Assembly (NCBI GenBank): GCA_963836185.1
Contig: CAWIIQ010000001.1
Coordinates: forward strand, 960,001-1,024,000
Length of the DNA: 64,000 nt
Origin: Candidatus Krumholzibacteriia bacterium
Lineage (GTDB): Bacteria; Krumholzibacteriota; Krumholzibacteriia; Krumholzibacteriales; Krumholzibacteriaceae
Direction: 5' to 3'
The notes beneath the pieces are model-generated. The model had not been told where the DNA came from. It searched no databases and was given only the letters and a program-made list of their open reading frames with translations. Shown one piece after another: positions 30,549-40,571 of this stretch; the stretch's first letter is position 1, and every line of letters begins with the position of its first letter. The translations under genes were made by a program, and so were the position numbers.

Positions 30549-31249
30549 TGAGAGAGTTTTCCTTCTATCTCGTAAGTACCCCCATCGGAAATCTTTCCGA
30601 CCTGTCATATCGCGCCGCGGAGATCCTCTCTTCGGTCGATTTTATACTGGCCGAGGATACGCGTAAGGCCCGGACCCTTCTCACTCGATACGGTATCGAT
30701 ACACGGACCTTCCCGTATCATGATCACAACAAAGAGAGGGTCACACCCGGCATACTCGATCGCGTCGAGGGAGGAGAAACGGGAGCCCTGGTGACCGACG
30801 CGGGAACGCCTGGAGTATCGGACCCCGGGTATTATCTCGTAAGGGCGATGATCGACAGGGGGATAGAGTTTACGGCTCTGCCCGGGCCGAGCGCCGTCAT
30901 GCACGGACTGGTCCTCTCGGGGCTTCCCACCGACAGGTTCACATTCTACGGGTATGTTCCGAGGAAGAAGGGGGCAAGGGACAGGCTGTTCGAGGAGGCG
31001 GGCGCTGCCACGGGAACGGCGGTATTTTTCGAGAGCCCGCACAGGATAGTCTCGACGCTCGAGGCACTTTCAAGGGTCCTGCCCGACCGGGAGGCCGCGG
31101 TAGCGAGAGAACTGACCAAGCTGCACGAGGAGGTATCGAGAGGCAGCGCGGCAGAGCTGGCCGAACGATTCGCCGACCGCCGGGTAAAGGGCGAGATCAC
31201 GCTGCTTGTCCGCGGAGCGGGGAAAAGGAGGAAGGGCGGAACCGCTTGA
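30545..31249 (+). CDS. rsmI: 16S rRNA C1402 2'-O-methyltransferase
   Basis: TPIGNL.D, AEDTR, DAGTPGVSDPG, FESPHR and RELTKLHEE. Confidence 0.96.
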   Translation: MMREFSFYLVSTPIGNLSDLSYRAAEILSSVDFILAEDTRKARTLLTRYGIDTRTFPYHDHNKERVTPGILDRVEGGETGALVTDAGTPGVSDPGYYLVRAMIDRGIEFTALPGPSAVMHGLVLSGLPTDRFTFYGYVPRKKGARDRLFEEAGAATGTAVFFESPHRIVSTLEALSRVLPDREAAVARELTKLHEEVSRGSAAELAERFADRRVKGEITLLVRGAGKRRKGGTA

Positions 31250-31275
31250 CAGTATGGCGGTTCACGATTCATAAT
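31246..31275 (+). promoter_or_regulatory. Sigma-70 promoter
   Basis: TTGACA-N18-CATAAT. Confidence 0.5.
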
Positions 31276-31325
31276 CGTCTGATACACGAATATTCGCATA
31301 TCTGCGAAAGGACCGCGGGAGCGGT

Positions 31326-31934
31326 ATGATCGACAAATCCATTATAAAGGAGCGCTTCAGGGGGATCATGTCTCCCGTAGTGGACATCCTCGATTCGCTT
31401 GGGGTGACTCCTATGGGAGTGTCATATGCCGGGCTCGCTCTCAGCGTCCTCGGAGCTCTCTTTGCCGGGGCCGGCATGCTGGTCACGAGCGGTATCGTCC
31501 TCATAGTAGCAAGCCTGTGCGACAGTCTAGATGGTTCGCTGGCCCGTAAGACGGGAAAGGCCTCGATATTCGGGGCTTTCTTTGATTCTAACGCGGACAG
31601 GATCTCCGAATTCGCCTATTTCGCCGCCCTGGCCTTCTATTTCGCGGGCAGGGGAAGCGGAGTCATGATCTTCTTCACGCTCGCCGCCCTTGCAGGTTCG
31701 TTCCTGACGAGCTACTCGAGGGCGAGAGCAGAGGGCCTTGGACTCGAGTGCTCAGTCGGTATACTCGAGCGGCCCGAACGCATCGTGCTTCTGGCCGTGG
31801 GCCTGCTGTTCGGAGGCAGGACCCTTGCCGCCGTCATGATCCTGCTGGCGATACTCAGCATATATACTTTTATCCAGCGGGTCCTGCATGTCCGAAATAT
31901 CACCGCCGGCGATCAGCCGCCGGAGGAACTCTGA
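31326..31934 (+). CDS. CDP-alcohol phosphatidyltransferase (PIP-synthase-like subgroup)
   Basis: DSLDGSLAR...FGAFFDS.ADR and SY.RARAEG...G..ERPER. Confidence 0.9.
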   Translation: MIDKSIIKERFRGIMSPVVDILDSLGVTPMGVSYAGLALSVLGALFAGAGMLVTSGIVLIVASLCDSLDGSLARKTGKASIFGAFFDSNADRISEFAYFAALAFYFAGRGSGVMIFFTLAALAGSFLTSYSRARAEGLGLECSVGILERPERIVLLAVGLLFGGRTLAAVMILLAILSIYTFIQRVLHVRNITAGDQPPEEL

Positions 31935-31958
31935 TCCCGGCCCGCACGCATTGACACA

Positions 31959-33332
31959 ATGAAACCGAGCTTCCGCTCTATCCTGAAAACCTCTGTGCCG
32001 ATCCTGATCGATCTCGGTGCGCAGATCCTCATGTGGACGATCGAGACGACCCTCGTCGGCCACATCGCGATCAGTACGCTCGCGAGGTGCTATCCCGGGA
32101 CGGGCGCAACGGGCGTTGACGCACTTACCGCGGTCGGGAACGTCGTACAGGTCATCCTCTATACATGCACGATCCTCCTGATCTTCGTCTTCGGGGCTTC
32201 GATAATCATCGTGAGACTGCTCGGTGCCGGCAGGAAAGAAGACGCCAACCACTTCCTCGGACAGACTATATTCACCGCGATCTTCCCGGCGATCGGCATC
32301 GCGGTCATCTGGTATTTCGCGGCGCCCCTGATATTCAGGACAGTGCTCGGTACATCCGAAGCAGTGACCGTGATCGGCGTCGATTATCTCCGGACCGTAT
32401 CGTGGTTCGCACCCTTCATCATAATGAATTTTGTCGCAATCGGGCTCGTAAGAGGAGCCGGAGATACGCACCTTGCGATGGTGACTGGACTGCTCGTAAA
32501 CGGCATACACCTTGTGCTGGCCGTGCTTCTTGTATTCGGCATCTGGAAGTTCCCCGAACTCGGCGTGAGGGGAGCGGCGCTGGCGGCCGGGACGGCGCAT
32601 ACGGTCGGATGCATCTTCACTTTCAGCGTCATACTGCGCGGCCGTTCGATGATCATATTCAACTGGAGCGATTTCAGGGATATCAACAGGCGAAGCATCA
32701 TCCGTATCATACAGACCGGTACGCCGATAACGCTCGAACAGCTCGCGTGGATGACCGGGATGACGATCGTCATCGGATTCAGCAACAGGCTGGCGCCCGC
32801 GGCGGCGGCCGGCCACATCATCATCCTCACATATCAGCGGATATTCTCGATGATATACCAGGCTTTCGGGATGGGCGCGTTGACCCTGGTCGGGAAACGA
32901 TACGGCGCCAGGGAGTTTATCAAGGCGAGACAGACGACCCGGATGTTCGCGTGGCTGGTCAGCGGAGTGGTCGTGGTCATCGCGGGGGTCCTGTACATCA
33001 GCGCGAGGTACTGGGTGCTGCTGTTCACATCCGATCCCGAGGTGATCAGGGTGGGCGTCTACGCTCTGAGGATCGCCGCTCTGATCCAGATACCGAAGGC
33101 CCTGTCGTACGTATATTCATTCAGTCTCCGCGGTATCGGTGAGAACCGGTATCCGATGTACCTCGCCTTCTTCGGGGTCATATTCTTCCAGGTGATACTC
33201 GGTTACAACCTCGCATTTACAGCGGGACTATCGCTGGCCGGGCTGTGGATAGCGGCAGGGGTCGACGAAATGTTCAAGATGTCGATGTTCTTCAGGCGGT
33301 TCAGAAAGAGGATCCGGAAACTCACGGCTTAG
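31959..33332 (+). CDS. MATE family efflux transporter
   Basis: About 12 TM helices, RGAGDT, PELGVRGAALA and LRGIG. Confidence 0.9.
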   Translation: MKPSFRSILKTSVPILIDLGAQILMWTIETTLVGHIAISTLARCYPGTGATGVDALTAVGNVVQVILYTCTILLIFVFGASIIIVRLLGAGRKEDANHFLGQTIFTAIFPAIGIAVIWYFAAPLIFRTVLGTSEAVTVIGVDYLRTVSWFAPFIIMNFVAIGLVRGAGDTHLAMVTGLLVNGIHLVLAVLLVFGIWKFPELGVRGAALAAGTAHTVGCIFTFSVILRGRSMIIFNWSDFRDINRRSIIRIIQTGTPITLEQLAWMTGMTIVIGFSNRLAPAAAAGHIIILTYQRIFSMIYQAFGMGALTLVGKRYGAREFIKARQTTRMFAWLVSGVVVVIAGVLYISARYWVLLFTSDPEVIRVGVYALRIAALIQIPKALSYVYSFSLRGIGENRYPMYLAFFGVIFFQVILGYNLAFTAGLSLAGLWIAAGVDEMFKMSMFFRRFRKRIRKLTA

Positions 33333-33412
33333 ATCTGGCAGGTGCGCCTGATAGATGCGCTATGAAACAGTAACGCCCCGCGGGCGTATTGCAATAAGGG
33401 TGTGAATCACAG

Positions 33413-34075
33413 ATGGCAGAAAAGAAACGTGGATATTTCATAACCTTCGAAGGCGTTGAGGGATCGGGAAAATCCACCGTGGCCGGTGCTGTTATGGAGA
33501 GATTCCTGCAGGCCGGTCTCGAATGCATCATCACCCGGGAGCCGGGAGGAAACGAGATCTCGGAGAAGATAAGGGAGATGCTGCTTGATCCGGGAAACAC
33601 ATCTATCTCTCCGAGGACCGAACTGCTGCTGTACGTAGCCAGCAGAGCACAGCTTGTCGGCGAAGTGATCGGCCCCGCGCTGAAGGAGGGGACGAGCGTG
33701 ATGTGCGACAGGTTCATGGACGCCTCGGTCGCCTACCAGGGGTGGGCCAGGAAGCTCGGCGAGGATGTCGTCGAGGGCCTCAACTCGTTCGCGGTGGCGG
33801 ATAACGTGCCTGACAGGACTTATCTGCTCGATCTCGAAGTCGGCGACGGTTTCGAGCGTGGACCCGACCGGAGAGAGGCCGAGGGGCAGCGGAACAGGGA
33901 CAGGCTCGAGCTGGAGAAGAGGGATTTTCACGAGAGAGTGCGGGAGGGATACCTGCGGATCGCCGCGCGGGAGCCGGAAAGGGTCGTCGTAATAGACGCT
34001 TCCAGGACGCTCGAAGAGGTGATTGAGGCTGTTACAGGGAACCTGAGGACCCTTCCCGGGTTAAAAGGTCTGTGA
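33413..34075 (+). CDS. tmk: Thymidylate kinase
   Basis: FITFEGVEGSGKST, REPGG and DRF..S.AYQG. Confidence 0.96.
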   Translation: MAEKKRGYFITFEGVEGSGKSTVAGAVMERFLQAGLECIITREPGGNEISEKIREMLLDPGNTSISPRTELLLYVASRAQLVGEVIGPALKEGTSVMCDRFMDASVAYQGWARKLGEDVVEGLNSFAVADNVPDRTYLLDLEVGDGFERGPDRREAEGQRNRDRLELEKRDFHERVREGYLRIAAREPERVVVIDASRTLEEVIEAVTGNLRTLPGLKGL

Positions 34076-34177
34076 TCATTAAGCGTTTGATTCCGATTCC
34101 CGGTGGAAACATATTAAGGGGTGCCGGATATCCGGCCGGCCGGGAAAGAAGATAAACAATTCCATGGGAGGTCTCCA

Positions 34178-35800
34178 TTGAGACTCGACAAGAGATTCGC
34201 GATATCAGCATTGGCCCTGATCCTGCTCGTGGCGGCGGCCTTCTACGTGTTTGCCGGGGAGCAGCGAAGGGACAGGGAGACCTCGCTCGAAGAGATCGAC
34301 AGGCTCAATGAGGTCCTCACAAGGGTCCTGGACTATTACGTCGACGAGAAGGAGCTAAGCGACGTCATAGACGATGCCATACGGGGCATCCTCGAGGATC
34401 TCGATCCGCATTCGGTATATCTCGACAAGCGTCAGTACGAGAACCTCATGATCGACACGAAAGGCGAGTTCGGGGGTCTCGGCATCACGATAACGGTGAG
34501 GGAAGGTTTTCCCACCGTCATATCCCCTATCGAGGATACGCCGGCTTTCAGGATGGGGATCCAGGCCGGTGACCGCATAATAGCGATCGAGGGCGAGCCC
34601 ACGGAGGGCTGGAGCAGCGACGAGGCGGTCGGAAAGCTCAGGGGAGCTCCGGGTACCCAGGTCAACATCACCGTCGGCCGTGATGCCGGCCATGAAGAGG
34701 TCGACTCGCTTGACGTTACGATCACACGAGAGATCATCACAGTGCCGAGCATCACTTATTACGATATTATCGACGGAGTCGGTTATATCAGGATCTCGAG
34801 GTTCGCCGAAAACACCGCGCGCGACCTCGACTCGATACTCGACGGTATGGAGAAGGAAGGGATCAAGGGGGTCATGATCGATCTCAGGTCGAATCCCGGC
34901 GGCCTTCTCACAGCGGCGTTCCACGTATCGGATCTTTTCCTCGACAAGGGAAAGATGATCGTCTATACCGAGAGCCGCCTGCCCGACCACAGCCAGAAGT
35001 TCTACTCCAATGGAAAGAACGTACACGGCGATTACCCCGTCGTGGTACTGGTCAACGGGGCGAGCGCGTCAGCGTCCGAGATCGTCGCGGGCGCCGTTCA
35101 GGACTGGGACCGCGGTCTCGTGGTCGGCCAGACGACATTCGGCAAGGGCTCGGTGCAGACAGTATTCAAGATCGGCCAGGATTCGGCGCTCAAACTCACC
35201 ACCCAGAAGTACTTCACTCCGAGCGGCAGGAGCATCCACAAGGATGTGGACCGTGAGGGTAACGATATCATCGATGAAGAGGATGCTGAGAAGGAATACT
35301 ACACCGCGGGCGGACGTGTGGTCTACGGCGGCGGAGGCATCACCCCAGACTGGACGATGGAGCTTCCCGAATGGACCGACTTCCAGCGCGACCTGGAGAT
35401 AAAGAGCATATTCTTCTCGTTCGCAGTCCACTATACCGCCGAGCACCAGGATGTCGGCGAAGATTTCATCGTCACGGACGACGTGATGAAGGAGTTCCGT
35501 GATTTCCTCGTCACCAAGGAGTTCGAGTACGAGGAGGACAGCTGGACCGAGGAGAATGTCAAATACGTCGATCTGGGCATCAAGCGCGAGGTCTTCCGTA
35601 AGCTCTTCGGTACAAAGGGTGCCTACATGGCCACCCTTCCCGAGGACGATGAGGTCAACGCGGTTCTCGAGATGTTCAACGGGGCAGCGACCCTGGACGA
35701 CATGTTCGCCTACGCGGCCAGGAAACAGGAGCTTGTAAAGGCCAAGCAGGAAAGGGCAGAAGCGGAGCAGGCCGAAGCCGTGAAGACGGAGGTCGATTGA
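34178..35800 (+). CDS. ctpA: Carboxyl-terminal processing protease (S41A)
   Basis: LDPHS.Y, GGLGI PDZ, DLR.NPGG, SASASEIVAGA and TFGKGSVQ; TTG start after GGGAGG. Confidence 0.92.
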   Translation: MRLDKRFAISALALILLVAAAFYVFAGEQRRDRETSLEEIDRLNEVLTRVLDYYVDEKELSDVIDDAIRGILEDLDPHSVYLDKRQYENLMIDTKGEFGGLGITITVREGFPTVISPIEDTPAFRMGIQAGDRIIAIEGEPTEGWSSDEAVGKLRGAPGTQVNITVGRDAGHEEVDSLDVTITREIITVPSITYYDIIDGVGYIRISRFAENTARDLDSILDGMEKEGIKGVMIDLRSNPGGLLTAAFHVSDLFLDKGKMIVYTESRLPDHSQKFYSNGKNVHGDYPVVVLVNGASASASEIVAGAVQDWDRGLVVGQTTFGKGSVQTVFKIGQDSALKLTTQKYFTPSGRSIHKDVDREGNDIIDEEDAEKEYYTAGGRVVYGGGGITPDWTMELPEWTDFQRDLEIKSIFFSFAVHYTAEHQDVGEDFIVTDDVMKEFRDFLVTKEFEYEEDSWTEENVKYVDLGIKREVFRKLFGTKGAYMATLPEDDEVNAVLEMFNGAATLDDMFAYAARKQELVKAKQERAEAEQAEAVKTEVD

Positions 35801-36468
35801 AGAACCAACGAATCGCCATAGTAAGCGATTTTGACGGTACGATCACGCTTCGGGATGTAGGGCATCATTTCTTCGAGAAGTTCATTCCCGACAGGAAGGC
35901 CCATGAGGAGCTTCTCGAGAAGTGGAAGATCGGCCTGATCAGTTCCCGCGAGTGTCTCGACAAGGAGATAGCGTGGGTTCGGGCTGGCCTTGCGGACCTC
36001 GACGATTTCATCGAAAACGAGCCTCTCGATCCGTTCTTCAAGGATTTTGTCGATTTCTGCAACAGGCGGAAGTTCGAACTGATGATACTCAGTGACGGGC
36101 TCGACTACTATATCGACGCTATCCTCATGAGGTACGGCTACGGATTCATCGATTTCAAGGCGAATCATCTGGTCACAGAGGGGGACAGTATCACCGGCGT
36201 CGAATTCCCCTGGTATCTGCCCGAGCTCTGCGACATGTGTGCGAACTGCAAGAAAGCGCATGTCGACAAGATGCGCGGTGAAGGATACTTCACAGTCTAC
36301 ATAGGCAACGGTTACAGCGACAGATGTCCGTCGGAGCACGCTGACATGGTCTTTGCCAAGGGGGAACTGCTCGACCACTGCGAGCAGAAGAAGATAGACT
36401 TCGTCCGCTTCAGGAATTTCCGCGATGTCGAACGGGAGATGATGACAAGGCTCTATCTGTCTGAATGA
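35797..36468 (+). CDS. MtnX-like HAD-IB phosphatase
   Basis: DFDGTIT..D, ILSDG, C..C.NCK and IG.GYSD. Confidence 0.88.
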   Translation: MKNQRIAIVSDFDGTITLRDVGHHFFEKFIPDRKAHEELLEKWKIGLISSRECLDKEIAWVRAGLADLDDFIENEPLDPFFKDFVDFCNRRKFELMILSDGLDYYIDAILMRYGYGFIDFKANHLVTEGDSITGVEFPWYLPELCDMCANCKKAHVDKMRGEGYFTVYIGNGYSDRCPSEHADMVFAKGELLDHCEQKKIDFVRFRNFRDVEREMMTRLYLSE

Positions 36469-36532
36469 CCGGTCCGCGGGGAGGACGGTACAGCTTTCAA
36501 ATCAGAAGAAACGCGGAAAAAATCGCACGGGG

Positions 36533-36934
36533 TCACTCATCCTGCTCACGCTCTTCTTCCATCCTTCTTATCTCTTCCCTGTGATGACGGTCCAGCCGTT
36601 CTGTGTAGAGGCGGGTGATAAACCCGTTGAACTCGAATATATCGCTGTCTGTGATCTCGCTGCTTCCATTAAGAAGCTTCATCCGGTCCATCACATCTGT
36701 CATATCGTTGCGGGAACATATCTCTTTCTCGTAGCATTGCCAGAACTTGTCGATGGCCTCCTGCAGTTCATTGCCGTACTTCGCCTGCAGATCGGCGGGC
36801 ATCGATGAGTACAGCCTGTCGGCGGATCTGAAGTACGATCTGGCCGATATCCAGTCTTTTCCGGCAACGAGCGCCACGATGATCAATATGGCCGCCGCTC
36901 CGGCGATCAACGCCTTTTTTGTTTTACCGGACAT
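36533..36934 (-). CDS. Hypothetical membrane-anchored protein
   Basis: N-terminal TM helix; GGAGG RBS. Confidence 0.7.
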   Translation of the reverse strand: MSGKTKKALIAGAAAILIIVALVAGKDWISARSYFRSADRLYSSMPADLQAKYGNELQEAIDKFWQCYEKEICSRNDMTDVMDRMKLLNGSSEITDSDIFEFNGFITRLYTERLDRHHREEIRRMEEEREQDE

Positions 36935-36979
36935 CTTTCCTCCATCGATTTATCGCGCCTGAAAATCCACTATCGTATC

Positions 36980-37831
36980 TTACACCCCGCCAAGGGTGGA
37001 AGTAAACCATTCGACGGTCAGCGACACTGCTTTGTCGAGGGCGTGTGCAGGTTCCGACATCGGGTGAGTCACACCGAAAGTATGACCGCATCCACCGATC
37101 GTCTCCAGTCTCCTCTCGCCCTTTCGAGGAAGATCGAAGAACGCTTTCGCCTCGCTGATCGAAACGGCCGCGTCACGTTCCCCGTGGATGATCAGATGCG
37201 GGATCTCCAGTGCGGCCGCCGATGACAGGAGGTCGTACTTCTCCCTGTTCGAATCTATATCCTCGTAGTACGAGTAGTCGAGATGCAGTGGGGCCGGTGA
37301 ACGGCTGTCGGAGAATTCGAGGGTGCCCGTTTCCTTCCAGTCCTTTTTCCGGCGGTCGGTGTACCTGTCGAGCTTCGACGGCGTTGCCCATGTGACGATC
37401 GATCTTACTTCGGGGAATGATTTCGCGGTCAATATCGAGACCGATCCGCCCCTGCTGTGCCCGAGCAGTCCCCGGGAGGGTGATGCGGGGAAGGGGAAGG
37501 TGTCCGGACCTGTCCAGCGCAGGACCCGTTCGAGGTCGGCGAGCTCGGTCGACACATTGTTCGAGGCGAATTCGACAGGCCTCGTGATCATCCCCGTCTC
37601 ATCGTCCGTGCCGCTGTGGGAGAAGCTTATCGTCACAACATGGAATCCGGCCAGTGCGAGGCTCTCGGAGACATGAGGAAAGAATCCCCATCGCCTGTAC
37701 CCGAGGAATCCGGGGCAGATGACGATAACCGGCCTTGCGGAGTCCCTGAAGGCCGTCCTGACATCCGCAAAGACAGGCAGGCCGTCCCCGCCGATGACGG
37801 TATCCGCTGTGAAAACCTTTGAACCTTTCAT
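36980..37831 (-). CDS. Alpha/beta hydrolase
   Basis: GHSRGG nucleophile elbow, HGERD.AV and GHTF. Confidence 0.9.
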   Translation of the reverse strand: MKGSKVFTADTVIGGDGLPVFADVRTAFRDSARPVIVICPGFLGYRRWGFFPHVSESLALAGFHVVTISFSHSGTDDETGMITRPVEFASNNVSTELADLERVLRWTGPDTFPFPASPSRGLLGHSRGGSVSILTAKSFPEVRSIVTWATPSKLDRYTDRRKKDWKETGTLEFSDSRSPAPLHLDYSYYEDIDSNREKYDLLSSAAALEIPHLIIHGERDAAVSISEAKAFFDLPRKGERRLETIGGCGHTFGVTHPMSEPAHALDKAVSLTVEWFTSTLGGV

Positions 37832-37879
37832 ATTCGATAAGGTATTATCTTTTACGTGGAAATGCAATGGAGGTCGGCG

Positions 37880-38716
37880 ATGAGAAAACGTGTGCTGTTT
37901 GGAATACTTATAACACTGATCATATTCGTTGTAGCCAGAAGACTATCGATGAACAGGCCCGCAGAGGCCACGTGGACATTCGATGATGTGAAGATCACCC
38001 ATATGACCGTCTTTGAGCAGGTCGGGCCGGGGCAGCCGGAGATACTCCTGCATGTCGATCCTCCCACGGAGATCGACGCGGCCGTTCTTTATCGTGTCCC
38101 CGGTACAGAGGCGTTCGACACGGTCGGGATGTCCGAGATATCGACTGGGGTATGGTCGGCGAGACTCCCCGCCGGGCAGAAGGGGGACAGGCTCGAGTAC
38201 GGCTTCAGGATTTTATGGGCCACCGTCTACGATGGGGGGGGCAGTTCGACGGCAACCGATATTTCCGGCTATTATCTGATCAAGTACAAGGGAGAGGTGT
38301 CGGTGACCGTCCTCGTCCTGCACATACTCTGTATGTTCGCCGCCTTCTTTTTCATCGTCGAGGCGATACTCGGCGCTTTCGCCATGATCATCATGGGAGA
38401 GGAGAAGGAGTTCACCGTCGCGCAGACGAGATGGGTGCTGCTCTTCACTTTTCTCGGGGGTATGCCGCTTGGATTCGTCCTGAACAGGCAGAGATTCGGG
38501 CCGCTATGGGAGGCCTTCCCCTTCGGGACCGATATTACCGATAACAAGACACAGCTCATAATTATCTTCTGGATAATAATCGCGGCCCTGTCATGGAAGA
38601 GTTTCGCGTGCAGGAGAACAGGACGCGACGCTATCGGGCCAGGCGCCTATGCCACCGCCGTAATAATAGCTTCGGTCCTCAGCCTGTTCCTGTATCTCGT
38701 GCCTCACAGCCTCTGA
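37880..38716 (+). CDS. Hypothetical integral membrane protein
   Basis: N-terminal TM helix, a beta-rich soluble domain and four C-terminal TM helices; GGAGG RBS. Confidence 0.75.
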   Translation: MRKRVLFGILITLIIFVVARRLSMNRPAEATWTFDDVKITHMTVFEQVGPGQPEILLHVDPPTEIDAAVLYRVPGTEAFDTVGMSEISTGVWSARLPAGQKGDRLEYGFRILWATVYDGGGSSTATDISGYYLIKYKGEVSVTVLVLHILCMFAAFFFIVEAILGAFAMIIMGEEKEFTVAQTRWVLLFTFLGGMPLGFVLNRQRFGPLWEAFPFGTDITDNKTQLIIIFWIIIAALSWKSFACRRTGRDAIGPGAYATAVIIASVLSLFLYLVPHSL

Positions 38717-38820
38717 TGGTATCTGTCTGTGGGCGCCTTTGACGGGAGACTCTGAAATCAGACTCAGATCGGGGTCTCTCAAATCCGGCTCAGACGGGAG
38801 CCTCTGACGGGAGCTGCTTC

Positions 38821-39822
38821 ATGACATTCGATCCTCCCGGACATATGCGATCCCCCTTTTCAGGGACAGCTGCCGGCCTTGCCCCGCTGGCCGGCTGGTC
38901 TGACGCGCCATTCAGGCTGCTCTGCTTCGAGTACGGCGCTGATTTTGCCGTGACGGAGATGGTCAGCGCGGAAGGGCTGATCAGGGCGGGCGAAAAGACG
39001 GCACGCCTGATCGAACGGATGCCCGGCGAGGGCCCGGTGGGCGTCCAGCTCTTCGGATCCGATCCGGCGGCTTTTGCCGAAGCGGCGGCGATAGTCTCGA
39101 AAACCGCCCCGGCCTTTATCGACCTCAATTTCGGATGTCCCGTCAAGAAGGTGATCAGGAAAAATGGCGGCTCGGCGATCATGCGCGATCTCGACCTGAT
39201 GGGACGGATCTGCGAGGCTGTCGTGTCGGCATCAACTATTCCAGTGACAGCGAAGATCCGGAGCGGCTGGAGCCCGGCCGAGGAGAATTTCATCGAGGCG
39301 GGGAAGACCGCCGAGGAGGCCGGAGTTACGGCCGTGACCCTTCATCCGAGGTACCGGACGCAGCTCTTTTCGGGAGATGCCGACTGGAGCCACCTCGCGA
39401 GGCTGCGAGAGGCGCTTACAATAGATGTCGTAGCGAGTGGTGATGTGCGGGGAGCGGAGGATTACCGGAAAATTGTCGAGATAACAGGGTGTGAAACTGT
39501 TATGATAGGCAGGGGCGCGTTCGGGCGCCCCTGGGTATTCAGCGAGATAAAGGCTGCTCTCGAGGGACGGCCCTGGATCCCGCCCAGGCCGGAGGAAAAG
39601 ACCGGTGTTATGATCAGGCTGGCCCGTATGGAGGAGGAGTGGAAGGGTGAGAAACGGGCAGTAGTCGAGATGCGCAAGCAGTACAGGTGGTTCATCCGGG
39701 GATTGCCGGATGTGAAGGACTACCGTATGAGGCTTTCAACCGCTGAATCCCTGGCAGATGCGGCGGAGATAATATCAGAACTTAAAAAAGACATGGAGAA
39801 GAGATGGACAGGGACAGCCTGA
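38821..39822 (+). CDS. dusB: tRNA-dihydrouridine synthase
   Basis: APLAG.SD.PFR, TEMVS, QLFG, DLNFGCP, KIRSGW and MIGRG. Confidence 0.93.
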   Translation: MTFDPPGHMRSPFSGTAAGLAPLAGWSDAPFRLLCFEYGADFAVTEMVSAEGLIRAGEKTARLIERMPGEGPVGVQLFGSDPAAFAEAAAIVSKTAPAFIDLNFGCPVKKVIRKNGGSAIMRDLDLMGRICEAVVSASTIPVTAKIRSGWSPAEENFIEAGKTAEEAGVTAVTLHPRYRTQLFSGDADWSHLARLREALTIDVVASGDVRGAEDYRKIVEITGCETVMIGRGAFGRPWVFSEIKAALEGRPWIPPRPEEKTGVMIRLARMEEEWKGEKRAVVEMRKQYRWFIRGLPDVKDYRMRLSTAESLADAAEIISELKKDMEKRWTGTA

Positions 39823-40571
39823 AGAAACTGCTGGATGAAGTCGCCGGCGGCAGGACCGGTGTGGATGAGGCGGTCGAACGCCTCCGGACACTGCCGTTCG
39901 AGGATACCGGGTATGCCCGGATAGATCATCACAGGGAACTGCGGCGCGGATTTCCAGAGGTGATATTCTGTCAGGGCAAGACTCCGGAGCAGATCCAGGG
40001 TATCGCGACGAGGATAATCAGGCACGGATCGGACCTGCTTGCTACGAGGTGCTCCCCCGAGCAGTTCGCGGCCGTTTCCGGCGCGATCGAGGGAGCCGTC
40101 TACCATGAGGATGGAAGGCTCTTCGCTGTAAAACAGTCGAAGCAGGAAGAAAAAGGTTTTATCGCCGTTGTCGCCGGCGGGACCTCCGACAGGCCCGTGT
40201 CTGAAGAGGCCGCACTGACGGCGCATTATCTAGGGTGCAGGGTGGAGAGGTTTTACGATGTCGGCGTCGCCGGTATCCACCGGCTTTTCTCCTCGTGGGA
40301 GGAGATCAAGGAGGCCGATGTGATCGTCGTCGTGGCGGGTATGGAGGGAGCTCTGGCGAGTGTAGTAGCGGGGATGGCCTCCGCGCCGGTCATAGCGGTT
40401 CCCACGAGTATAGGATATGGAGCGAGTTTCGGCGGGCTTGCGGCGCTGCTGGCGATGCTGAACAGCTGCGCCGGTGGAGTCACAGTCGTCAACATCGATA
40501 ACGGGTTCGGCGCCGCTTATGCCGCGGCGGTCATCTGCAGAAAGATATATCCGGACGAACAGGGGAAATAG
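39804..40571 (+). CDS. larB: Nickel pincer cofactor biosynthesis protein LarB
   Basis: D.HR..R.GFPEVI, GTSD.PV.EEA, DVGVAG.HR, AGMEGAL and VVNIDNGFGA. Confidence 0.95.
   Translation: MDRDSLKKLLDEVAGGRTGVDEAVERLRTLPFEDTGYARIDHHRELRRGFPEVIFCQGKTPEQIQGIATRIIRHGSDLLATRCSPEQFAAVSGAIEGAVYHEDGRLFAVKQSKQEEKGFIAVVAGGTSDRPVSEEAALTAHYLGCRVERFYDVGVAGIHRLFSSWEEIKEADVIVVVAGMEGALASVVAGMASAPVIAVPTSIGYGASFGGLAALLAMLNSCAGGVTVVNIDNGFGAAYAAAVICRKIYPDEQGK

Noticed and set aside
38738-38813. Three GACGGGAG repeats and a hairpin before dusB
   Set aside because: Short and irregularly spaced; could be a terminator-like hairpin or chance, and no function can be supported
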